NCBI GenBank assembly: GCA_014238525.1
Contig: JABAAY010000002.1
Coordinates: forward strand, 1-47,121
Source: Mycoplasmatales bacterium
GTDB taxonomy: Bacteria > Bacillota_I > Bacilli_A > Mycoplasmatales > JABAAY01
DNA: 47,121 nucleotides
Reading direction: 5' to 3'
Shown: in pieces, positions 37,805 through 47,121 of the stretch
How positions within the stretch are numbered: position 1 is the stretch's first letter
Layout of the letters: each line of letters begins with the position of its first letter
The notes under the pieces: model-generated
The model's input: the letters and a program-made list of their open reading frames with translations, nothing else
Database searches by the model: none
Told to the model about the DNA's origin: nothing
Made by a program: the position numbers and the translations under genes

Positions 37805-39775
37805 CTATTTATTAGGAAGTTCAATATCATCAACTATAAGTAAAAGATCATCCAGCATATTTTCTGTTGTAAAGTCGGGTTTCTCAACAGCCGCAGCAGT
37901 AAAATGTCCTCCTCCACCTAATTTTTGTGCTATTGTTTGGACATTTATTTTTCCTGCACTTCTGCAACTCATCGATGAAACATCCAATGAGTCGTAACAT
38001 ATAACAAAGGATAATTCCACACCCTTTAATTTTATTAGCTCTTCCGCTGCCTGTGCAATAATGCTTTTGGGTGCTTTAATATTTGGGTCAGCAACTGCAA
38101 TTGCAATTTTATCTTTGTAAATTTTAAAGCCTTCTATCAATTTGTTTTTAAGAACAAAATCATCGTAGTAAGATTTTAGAAAATTATCGGCTACTTTTGT
38201 GCTTGCACCAAGTTCTTGTAATTTTGCACATGCATCAAATGTTCTGCTAGTTGTTCTTACTTTAAAACTATTGGTGTCAACTATTATTCCGGTCAACAAT
38301 AAATCAAAAACAAACTTGGGAAGCTTCGAAACCAAATTAGAGTAGGTTAATATTTCTGTAAGAATTTCTGCGGTACTTGACGCGCCTGAGTTCACATACG
38401 AGTCAACCACATTTTTAAAAGTTGCACCTGTAGATCTATGGTGATCGATAACAATGGTATCTTTAACAATATCATTCAATGCAGGATTTTGAATTCTTTC
38501 GGGGAAGTTGGTATCAACGACTATCATCAGTGTTTTATCATTTGAAAATTTTTCTGATGCTACATCATTAACATATGCTTCCTTGAAAACGGAAGGAGGA
38601 ACAATTTTTTTAAGACTGTCAATAGTGTTTTTATCTATTTCTTTAAAATTCAGTACAATTTTTACATTTTTATTTAGATTTTTTAAACAAAAATACAAAC
38701 CTAGTTGTGAGGCTAAACAATCAAAGTCAGGAAATTTATGTCCAACAAGCACAACTTTTTCTGCACTCTTCATTCTTTTTATAAGTCTTGTGCTAAACGC
38801 TCTCACATCAATTCTAGAATTACTGGAAGGTGATTCTGTTATACCACCTCTGAATGTTTGTATGTCAGATTCATATTCAGTTAAAACAACCTGGTTTCCA
38901 CCTCTTTGCTGGCTTAATGTTAAATTCTGACTTGCCAAATGATGAATGGCATTTAAATTTCCGTATCCATACCCAAATCCCATGCTTAAGAATAGAGGGT
39001 GTTCAATTTCTCTACTGAATTTTTCAAAAATCCCCAAAACAGGAAAATCCATATCTGAATTTCTTGCTAATGTAACTCTAGTAGTGACAACAAAAAACAA
39101 ACCCTGTTTTAATTCAATAGATAAAATATCGTTATCTTTGAATCATTGATTTAATATCTCGTAAGCTTTTGTTTTCGTTATAAATACCAAGTCTGGGGCA
39201 ATAGAATTTAGTGTTTTATCAAGATTGTCGATAGAAACCATTCCAATAGCTATGTTTTCGTTATACACTTTTTCAATGTAACTTTGAAAAACCGTGTTAT
39301 TGCGTAAAAAGACTAAATTAGTATTAGGGAAAAAATCTACATTAAAGTTGTGACTTCCAATTGATAGATTTTTTATACTTCGTCGTGCATTTAAGTCGAT
39401 GTTTTTTTGAGATAAAATCTTTCTAAAATCAATATCTATTAAACTTGTTGTAAATAAACTTGATAAATAATTGTTTGCTCAAATGATTTTATCACCATCA
39501 TCAAGTATCAAAATTCCAATTTTTCCGAAAGATAAAATTTCTTCAAGCGAAACATTGAATATTTTTGTACTTAGCTTTCGTTCCCTTTTGTTTCTAAAAA
39601 GATAAACAAAATAAAATGAAAACGCTAGAAGAATAACTAAAGACAAAAGGGCAACAGCCAAAACGTTTTCCGTGCTCCTGTCTGTATTTCCAATGAAAAA
39701 AGGAATGGCAAAACCAATTCCTGAAGCCACAGAAATAATAAAGATGATTAAAGGTATGAAAACTCTTTTTTTCAT
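37805..39775 (-). CDS. gdpP: GdpP/YybT-type DHH-DHHA1 phosphodiesterase (probable c-di-AMP phosphodiesterase, 656 aa)
   Basis: ORFs 39479..39775 and 37805..39100 join in one frame, and I checked all intervening codons. It has two N-terminal TM helices, a degenerate PAS/GGDEF-like middle, GHKFPDFDCLAS and VIDHH (DHH), and GGGH (DHHA1). It lies in the syntenic position before rplI-dnaB. Confidence 0.85.
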
Positions 39776-40062
39776 TAATATGTTGTTGTTTTGTTAGTGG
39801 TGGGTCTAGATAATTTACGCTCTTTTTGAACAATATATGGGAATAGGCCCATGAACCTCGCTCTTTTTATTGCCTTGCTTACCATTTTTTGATACTTGGG
39901 TTTCGTACCGGTTATCTGACTTCCTAAAATCCTTCCATTTAATGAAATAAATTTTTTCAATAACTCGGTATCTTTGTAATCTATGTATGTAATATCGTTT
40001 TTTGTAAAGTAACAACTTTTTTGTCTGGTAATTTTTTTCTTTTTTGCTGGTTTTCTATTCAT
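39775..40062 (-). CDS. rpsR: 30S ribosomal protein S18 (95 aa)
   Basis: The pattern C.F.......IDYKD..LL.KFIS..G.IL....TG...K.Q....AIKRAR is present. The stop overlaps the gdpP ATG. Confidence 0.93.
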   Translation of the reverse strand: MNRKPAKKKKITRQKSCYFTKNDITYIDYKDTELLKKFISLNGRILGSQITGTKPKYQKMVSKAIKRARFMGLFPYIVQKERKLSRPTTNKTTTY

Positions 40063-40073
40063 TTCCTACTCCT

Positions 40074-40577
40074 TTATAAATCCCAAATAATTGCATCTTC
40101 TTTGGAAGACGTTTCTTCGGTGGGTTCTTCTCCTGGAACACTTGTGTTAATTTGGGAAAAATCAACACTTTTTTTTCTTAATTCTTCATCTATGTCGATT
40201 GTTCCGCCTGAAAAGTTATTCTCGACGCCTGTTTCAAACGAATTTTCTGTCGTTTGTCGAGCAGTATTTTTTCTTTCTAAAAACTTAACGTTATTAGCGT
40301 ATACATCAGTTGAATATTTATTTTGACCATCAGAAGCTGTATATTTACTAACTCTTATAGAGCCCTCAACAAGAATCATTGAACCTTTGTCCATGTAATT
40401 AACAAGATTTGCCGCAGTTTTTTTGAAACAAACACAATTAATAAAATCAGTTTCATCATTTCGAGAAAAGTCTCTATTTATTGCGATTGAAAACCTGCAC
40501 ATTTCTGTGCCTGTGCTTGTTGGAGTTAATTCAGGTTTTTTTGTTAAACGCCCAATTAAAACTACTTTATTAAACAT
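40074..40577 (-). CDS. ssb: Single-stranded DNA-binding protein (167 aa)
   Basis: I prefer the ATG at 40577 (MFNKVVLIGRLTKKPEL...), which overlaps the rpsF stop (ATGTTTAA). It has an OB-fold core and an acidic tail ending DAIIWDL. The upstream GTG at 40625 would lie in the rpsF coding region. Confidence 0.9.
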   Translation of the reverse strand: MFNKVVLIGRLTKKPELTPTSTGTEMCRFSIAINRDFSRNDETDFINCVCFKKTAANLVNYMDKGSMILVEGSIRVSKYTASDGQNKYSTDVYANNVKFLERKNTARQTTENSFETGVENNFSGGTIDIDEELRKKSVDFSQINTSVPGEEPTEETSSKEDAIIWDL

Positions 40578-40974
40578 TTGTCTCTTTCTTTTTTGAAACG
40601 TATGTTCTTTGTGGTCTTTCGCCACTGTTCATTCTTTCTCTAGCAATGGCTCTTCTCTTGCTTTTCATTTGTTTTCATTTACTTATTTTGCGAACTTTTT
40701 CGTTGTCCAAATTTATCAATAAGTATCTTAAAATATTGTTGTTAAATTTGACATACTCTAAAAAGTCGCTAATTTGTTTGTGACTTGTAGACATAGTAAC
40801 AACAACATATATACCTTGTTTCTGTTTTTGAATGGGATACGCAAAAGTTCTTAATCCTCATCCTTCAACTTCTTTAACTGAACCAAAAAAATTAGCAATT
40901 TTCGTTTTCTCTTTTTTAACATCTGCTTCACTTAAGCTCGCAGAAATTATATACATTAATTCATATTTAGTCAT
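40570..40974 (-). CDS. rpsF: 30S ribosomal protein S6 with a basic C-terminal extension (134 aa)
   Basis: ATG at 40974 follows an AAGAGGAA Shine-Dalgarno. The sequence MTKYELMYII...EGW(TGA)GLRTFAYPI.K...G.Y is typical of S6. The gene is missing from the track because TGA codons split it. Confidence 0.88.
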
Positions 40975-41066
40975 GTTCCTCTTTTCGGTCTTTGGTTATA
41001 TTGATAACAAAGAGTTTTTTATTTATCATACATTATTTATATGACAAAAGTACTTAATTCCTAATT

Positions 41067-42425
41067 TTAAGTTTCAATTTGAATAAAAGTATCCGTATTT
41101 GCGAAACTAAATTCCCCAGTAGCAAGAGTAAAATTAAATGTCGTACCGTCAGCGGTTGCTGATTGTCTAAAACTTACTGTTCGATCTCCACCCTCTGCCA
41201 AGGCAGTTCCACTAATTAATATATCTCTTACATCGTAATTTGTGTCGTTAGTGACGGTAACATCGTTAACTGAAAAATCAGGGTCTGTCGCTGGTGCTAT
41301 TGCAATAGTCTGAACCGCAGCTGTTTGATCATTGTTTAATAGGGATCTTAGTTGCATATTAATGGAGGTGATTATGCTTCCAATAAGAGGCGTTGCAGGA
41401 TCCGAGGAAGGGTTGTAATCATTAATAATTGTAATTTCATTTAGTATGTCGGTTTCAGGTGCAGTAATGTTGCTGATTGCCGATGACGATATAAAAGGAA
41501 TAGAAGATGTAGAAACAGTTATTGTCGGAGGAGCTAAAACATTTTCATCGTAAAAAGGAGTTAAAACTTGAAATACATTAGTATTATTGCTAATTGGAAA
41601 AGAAGCCATTCCACTAAATCCTCTTAACTCAACATCAATCGATGACTGGGAATTAAGACTGCTATCCAAAGAAACTTCATCAAACTGAAGCGAGGAAACT
41701 GATGTATTCATGGTGCTGGAAGAAGAAACAACGGTTGTAATTTCATCAACATCCATATTAAGTTGAGAAATTATTTCTGTTGCTAAAAGTCCATATTCAT
41801 TTGCGGAGTCAAATCCTCTTAAAGAGTTAACCTGTGCACTTATATATTGAGTGTATGAAGATTGCATCATATTAGTATCGGAAAGAGAGGTAGTGTTGAA
41901 ACTTATATTGTTATCTTCAACGGAGAAAGATAATTGAACAACGTAGGAATTCTCATTCCCTACATTTGTTACTACTGGACTCAGCAATCGAGGTACTGGC
42001 GCAGGACCATCCGTGGGGTTTGGAGCAATGTATCTCGCTAATAAATTAACATTTATGGAATATAAGTTAAGTGACTCGTTAATTTGAACTTGTTCAACAG
42101 AAACAGGAGGAATTTCAATAGCAGTAACGGCTAAATTTCCACTATTTCCGTCATTTGCCAGAACATTTAATTGTCCCCATATTTGTCCTGCAACTGTGTT
42201 TTCCAAATCCTGAGGAATGTTTGTGGAAGGTGAAGACGGATCAGCAGTCGGTATGAAAAGAGGTTGCTGTGGCAATAAATTGATTTGATTAACAATGGTT
42301 TGTACGGTAGGGTTTACAACGTCACCGCCACATTGTTGAGCGACAACCGCAAGAGAAATTCCTCCCCCAATAACGCTAGCCATTAATAATGATTTAATTT
42401 GATTTTTTTTGTTTAGTTTTTTCAT
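41067..42425 (-). CDS. Surface lipoprotein (452 aa)
   Basis: Signal peptide plus lipobox: MKKLNKKNQIKSLLMASVIGGGISLAVVAQQC. The mature part is Ser/Thr/Asn/Val-rich. Single uninterrupted ORF. Confidence 0.8.
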   Translation of the reverse strand: MKKLNKKNQIKSLLMASVIGGGISLAVVAQQCGGDVVNPTVQTIVNQINLLPQQPLFIPTADPSSPSTNIPQDLENTVAGQIWGQLNVLANDGNSGNLAVTAIEIPPVSVEQVQINESLNLYSINVNLLARYIAPNPTDGPAPVPRLLSPVVTNVGNENSYVVQLSFSVEDNNISFNTTSLSDTNMMQSSYTQYISAQVNSLRGFDSANEYGLLATEIISQLNMDVDEITTVVSSSSTMNTSVSSLQFDEVSLDSSLNSQSSIDVELRGFSGMASFPISNNTNVFQVLTPFYDENVLAPPTITVSTSSIPFISSSAISNITAPETDILNEITIINDYNPSSDPATPLIGSIITSINMQLRSLLNNDQTAAVQTIAIAPATDPDFSVNDVTVTNDTNYDVRDILISGTALAEGGDRTVSFRQSATADGTTFNFTLATGEFSFANTDTFIQIET

Positions 42426-42492
42426 AGTATCCTTTATATTTTATAATATTTTTTAACATGTGTTGATTTGATTATTTTTTACTTTAAGAAAA

Positions 42493-43494
42493 TTAAACAA
42501 AATTAATTTTTTTCTTTTTGGCTATTGTTTTGAACTTTAAATCAAGGTTTGTGGGACAGATTTCAGCAATATTAACTTTTTGAAGCAACACCATTATTAA
42601 CTCATCAATATTGATTTCTCTTATGCTCCCTTTGACAAGTTTGCCTTCTTTTAACATATCGTAATATACGTTTTGTTTATTTTCAATATTTATAGAAAGT
42701 TTTTTAGTTTGCTCCAAAAAATCCTGAGCATTTACTGCTTCACCAATTTGAAAAAGGGTTAAAGTACTTTTGATTTTAGGATAATAAGAAAAGTATTTGC
42801 CCTGTTCTTTTCAAGACCATTCATCAAAGATTAGTGACTCAACAGGTCTTTTTTTCTCATAAAATGGTCACACACCTTTTAAAAGAACATTTCTTTTCTC
42901 TTGTGTTATTCTCTTAATTCTTTCAAGATATAGTAGATGACTGTAGGATTTGGCCAGTGCATCATCTTCAATGGTAAAAAATTTGCGCATATGTCCAATA
43001 AAACCACTATACTCTTCGCCTACATTCTTTATCGCTTTCTCTATAACATTGATAATGGCATTAGCTTCGAAATCCAATCCTGACTCGCCAGAAATGTTTT
43101 TCCCGACTGTAAAAGTGTTAATTTTAGTTTTTATATTGTTGCCAGTGGGGTCTTTTTCAGAGTCCCTCACACAAAATATATTGCTTGTCACAAGAGTGGT
43201 TCCTTTTGCAATTTCATTGATGGTTGCATAGTAACGCAGCCATTTGTTAACTCCTTGTAAAATTTCACTAATTTCTGAATCGTATAATGTGTCAAAATTT
43301 ATGGCGCGAAAACCTGTTTTTCAATACGAATTTAGTCCTGTGCTGCTATTCGCATATAAAGGTACATGTATATATTGGGAATTTTTGTCACTAAGCAATG
43401 TTTTCTCAATGGAACGAATTATTTTACTTTTAAACAATTGTATGTCTTCAATTGTTGTATCAGTTATGTACTCAGCTGGTAATTTATTTTTCAT
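42493..43494 (-). CDS. AsnA-like (aspartate-ammonia ligase / class II aaRS-core fold) protein, highly divergent (333 aa)
   Basis: ATG at 43494 overlaps the lysS stop by 11 nt. The pieces join through TGA codons to TAA 42493. The length and order of blocks are collinear with E. coli AsnA (330 aa): VPLYANSSTGLN, EILQGVNKWLRY vs EVVHSLAKWKRQ, CVRDSEKD vs ALRPDEDR, and LIMVLLQKVNIAEI vs LTMLLLQLPHIGQV. Several catalytic motifs are not conserved. Confidence 0.45.
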
Positions 43495-44992
43495 TCTTTT
43501 TTCTTGCGTGTGGGAATAAAATCACTTCTCTAATGCTTCTTGTGTTGGTTAACAACATTACTAGTCTATCGACACCAATACCAACCCCAAAAGCAGGGGG
43601 AAGGCCGTATTCCAAGGCATTAATATAATCGCGATCCATGTCTATAGCTTCTGAATTCCCTTTGTTTTTTTCAACTATTTGTTGTTCAAATTTTTCATAT
43701 TGGATGAACGAACTATTTTGTTCACTGAAACCATTAACATATTCTCTTCCTCCCAAAAATAATTCAAACCTGTCAGTGTAATCTGGATTTTCCTTATTTT
43801 GAAGAGACAACGTGCTAACTACAGATGGTAATTGTGTTACAAAGGTAGGATCAATAATAGTGTGTTCTACTTTTTTTTCAAAAAATTCATTTTGAATGTG
43901 GCCAATAGTATTTTGATAATTTTGTAATTCCACATTGTGTTTTTTAGCCAACTCCTTTGCTTCGTTAAAAGTTTTCACCTTTTCAAAGTTGATGCCAGTA
44001 ACTTTTTCAATTAGTTCTGATTGTTTTATTCTTTTCCATGGCGTTGTTGCGTTTATTTCTAAGTCTTGGTATTTGAAAACCTTATTTCCATGAAATTTTT
44101 TAATAAGTTTTGTAAATAAATCTTCCACTAAATTCATCGCATCACTGTAATCTCCATAAGCACAGTACGCCTCTATACTGGTAAATTCAGGGTTGTGTTT
44201 AACAGAAATGCCTTCATTTCTGAATAGGCGTCCTATTTCAAAAACTTTTTCAAATCCTCCTATTAATAACCTTTTTAAATAAAGTTCTGGTGCTATTCTA
44301 AGATACAGGGACATTTTTAAAACATTGTGTTCGGTAATGAAGGGTTAGGCAGCCGCCCCACCAGCGATTGGTTGTAATATCGGTGTGTCCACTTCTAGAT
44401 AACCATCAGCAATAAAGTAGTTTCTTGCAGTCTGAATTATTTCACTTCGAGCAACAAATAATTCCTTAACACCGGGGTTTACAATTAAATCCAAGTATCT
44501 CTTACGTTGTTTTTCTTCGATATCAACTAAACCGTGATATTTATCGGGCAATGGAGAAATGCACTTTACAAGGTGGCGGAATTTAATAGCCCTAATTGAA
44601 AGTTCACCCGTGTTAGTTTTTATTATGTTGCCCTGTACTCAAATAATATCACCCAAGTCCGAATCACTAAAAATCGTAAAATCTTTATCACTTACAGCGT
44701 CTTTTCTTACGTAAATTTGAATCTGTCCTTGTTGATCTTGAATATTTAGAAATCCAGCTTTTCCTTTGGCTCTCTTTGTCATGATTCTACCAGCCAAGGA
44801 TTTAATGGGAATATTCTCTTCAGCCAATTTCTCTTTTGAATAAGAATTAAACATTTTTTTTAATTCTTCTGAATTTTCAGTTCTTTTAACAGCGTGGCCG
44901 TAGAGGTCTATATTTTGGTCACTTAAATTGTTTAATTTGTTTATTCTGTTTGTTTCTTGCTCATTGAATTTTCTATATTTTTTTAATTTCAT
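43484..44992 (-). pseudogene. lysS: Lysine--tRNA ligase (class II) interrupted by a single in-frame TAA at 44345..44347
   Basis: Three track ORFs share one frame. The junction at 44639 is TGA (Trp), but the junction at 44345..44347 is TAA, reading ...[41 protein letters not shown]. This replaces the conserved basic residue of GGAAARPF. Otherwise it is a full-length LysRS: OB domain, motif 2 FRNEG and motif 3 GIGVDRLVMLL. Confidence 0.85.
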
Positions 44993-45000
44993 GTTCTTAC

Positions 45001-46617
45001 CTAACTACTCACAATACTCACTACAGTTGTTTGTGGATTAAGAGTATTACTATCAAAGTTAATTGTTATCGTTGCGGCTCCGCTATACGATGTACTTCCA
45101 TCACTGCTTGTAATGTTAATATCTGGAATAATAACGGTTGCAGTTGTTAGATTGGATACTGACAAATCAGTTATATTTATTGGAGTAGAAAACGTTATTG
45201 TGCTAGCAGTGGTTGAATCAGAAAAAATGTTGGTTCCATTAAAAGAAGCAAATCCATCAGCCGAATTACCATTAATAAAATTCAAAATGTCTGCAGCTGT
45301 ATTGTTTAAAACATTGCCTGTAGATGAATCGTAATTCATAAGGTCATTGATGCCAGAAATTGTTCTAGACTGTATTGTTTCGGAATTAGTTATTAAATTT
45401 GAGACATTAACTATAAAACTTGCTCTCTCGGAGTCTGATATTGTTAGAGTTATTGGTTCAAAAAATCTAGTATAATTATCGATTATTTCTCCATTAGAGA
45501 AAAAATTACCCCCAACACCACTAATGGGGTTTTGAAAAACAGAAACAATGTACTCTCCATTGCTGTATCTAAAATCAGAATTTTCTATATTGTCAATTTG
45601 AAAATTTTGGATTACTGCGCCGGCAGCAGCTTGAGAATTATTAATTCCTGTAATAATTCCTTCAGCTCATGTGTTAATGGGTGGTGTGTTGGTATTGATG
45701 TTATAACCATTATTTAATGATAGTCACTCAATGCCATTTGTCTCGTTAAGTAAAACTGATTGAAATTGAGATGTAAAAGTTACCCCATCTATACCGCTGT
45801 TTTGATTTATTAATCAAGAACCGGTAGAACTAAATACGATGTTAATAATGATATTTTCATTATATTCAAAACTACTGTTAGAGCTTAGATCAGTAACGAT
45901 TTCCACCGAACTGCTGGGAATAACTATTTGTGCCGTTATGCCCGCACTTGTAAAATTAGCGTATCTGATATTGGAGCTGGTGATTGTTGGCATGGTGATA
46001 CTTGTAACAGTTTCGTCCAGTGTTAAAATATTAAAGGCTTCTATGGCTTGTCCTGCTAGTCCTGGCAGTATCGGCGTTGCAACTGAAGAATAATTGGATA
46101 GCAATTGAATGCCGCTATTTTCATTAAAAATAATATCCTCTGTATTTACAAAAGCCTCTTCGCCTATATTAATACCTGTTAATGTTAATCTCCCGTTATT
46201 GTTTAAAATCGTTATTATTAGTGAGTTTGTCACAATGTCGCCGTGCATTAAAATGGTTTGATTGTTCGTATTGTTCGCGATTCCTAAAAAATTAAATATG
46301 GTAACAATATATGTGTTGCTTGACTCATCAAGAAAAATGTTGTTGTTATTCACATCAGAAAACAGTAGTTCTCTTACTACTAACGGTTCATCTCGGTTAG
46401 AAAGTTCACCATTGATGCTATCCAGAAAAGAGGTGGCAAGTGAATTTATTTCTGAACCATCATACGAGCTTAGTTCATTGATTGCTGTGATAATCTGTGG
46501 CAAATCTACATTTTGATCTACCGTAGTACACGCTTGCGCAACAATCGGAATGGCAAGAGAGCCAGTAATTGCGGAACCTATCAGAGACTTTGAAATAATT
46601 TTTTTACCGTGTTTCAT
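45001..46617 (-). CDS. Surface lipoprotein (538 aa)
   Basis: ORFs 45814..46617 and 45001..45339 are in one frame. I translated 45340..45813 codon by codon and found only three TGA codons. Signal peptide plus lipobox: MKHGKKIISKSLIGSAITGSLAIPIVAQAC. It ends at TAG 45001. Confidence 0.75.
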
Positions 46618-46732
46618 TCTTAATGTAAATTATATTATACAAACTTTGTTTTGATTAATCTTTATTTAAATTAAACAGCATTATTTCAACATTTTAAATA
46701 TAAAAACTTAAAATAACTGTACAGGTAATTTC

Positions 46733-47121
46733 TTGGATAATAATAACAATAATAACAACAACACTCCCGAACAAAAGCCTTCTAAAAATGGTTCTTTGCT
46801 AAAAACACTTGGGATAGTTGTTATTCTAGGAATTATTGGTTTTATATTCTTGCTACTTTTTGCGCCTTCTTTATTTAGTGGCTCACAACCAACAACGATA
46901 AGCAGTAGTGAATTTAGAGAAAAGTATTTAACCTGGGACAACGACGATGCTAATGCTGTTACAAATACAGCTAGTGTAGCGATTTCAAATCCCGGCGCTG
47001 TTACTTATTATCAAAATGATTCAGAAATTATCGTTCATTTATCGGGACGATTTGAATTTGCAACCTCAACAGATGGGGTTAATTGAACACCCACTGGCAT
47101 GATACAAAGTATTAATGAAAT
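46733..47121 (+). CDS. Membrane-anchored protein, N-terminal part (3' end cut by the window edge), poly-Asn N-terminus
   Basis: TTG at 46733 is the first plausible start after TAA 46715. The sequence runs D-N8-TPEQKPSK, then a TM segment LLKTLGIVVILGIIGFIFLLLF, then an extracytoplasmic domain. The frame reads through TGA 47084 to the window end. I do not recognise its identity. Confidence 0.5.
46739..46762 (+). repeat. AAT/AAC trinucleotide run encoding eight consecutive Asn residues
   Basis: The run aataataacaataataacaacaac lies in frame, directly after the start codon region. Confidence 0.9.

Noticed and set aside
39594-40015. Alternative-frame minus ORFs 39594..39833 and 39815..40015.
   Set aside because: They overlap the N-terminus of gdpP and rpsR in other frames. 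The rpsR and gdpP frames carry the conserved motifs.

Overview
The window is 47.1 kb of AT-rich (roughly 30% GC by eye) chromosome and looks like a Mollicutes (Mycoplasma-like) genome read with translation table 4 (UGA = Trp). I checked by hand the in-frame breaks in the standard-code ORF track for rpoB, rpoC, both RNR subunits, oppA, oppD, oppF, cysS, folC, dnaB, gdpP and the 45001..46617 lipoprotein; other joins rest on matching reading frames. Every break but one is a TGA, several at conserved Trp positions, so these genes are intact. The exception is an in-frame TAA inside lysS. About 90% of the coding sequence is on the minus strand and tightly packed, with five stop/start overlaps of the TAATG type.

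Gene content from high to low coordinates on the minus strand:
- a surface lipoprotein, lysS, an AsnA-like protein and a second lipoprotein
- rpsF-ssb-rpsR-gdpP-rplI-dnaB
- a third lipoprotein, small ORFs and ung
- folC flanked by two ECF-S-like membrane proteins
- oppABCDF
- a 700-aa degenerate OppF paralog
- the Firmicute-type block cysS-rlmB-sigH-like-rpmG-secE-nusG-rplKA / rplJL / rpoBC

That block is interrupted twice. A plus-strand pncA plus a hypothetical gene sits between rplA and rplJ, and a ribonucleotide reductase R2/R1 pair sits between rplL and rpoB. At the left edge there are two tandem paralogous secreted proteins on the plus strand.

I found no rRNA, tRNA, CRISPR array, IS element or prophage gene.

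Most noteworthy observations:
1. The RNR pair is of the eukaryotic RRM1/RRM2 type rather than the class Ib NrdEFI known from model mycoplasmas.
2. The OppF paralog has lost its catalytic motifs.
3. lysS carries an in-frame ochre codon.
4. L11 and L1 carry long acidic extensions.
5. The AsnA-fold protein has lost its catalytic motifs.
6. The tandem secreted proteins contain an internal glycine-zipper segment.

All homology statements come from motif recognition by eye. No database search was run.
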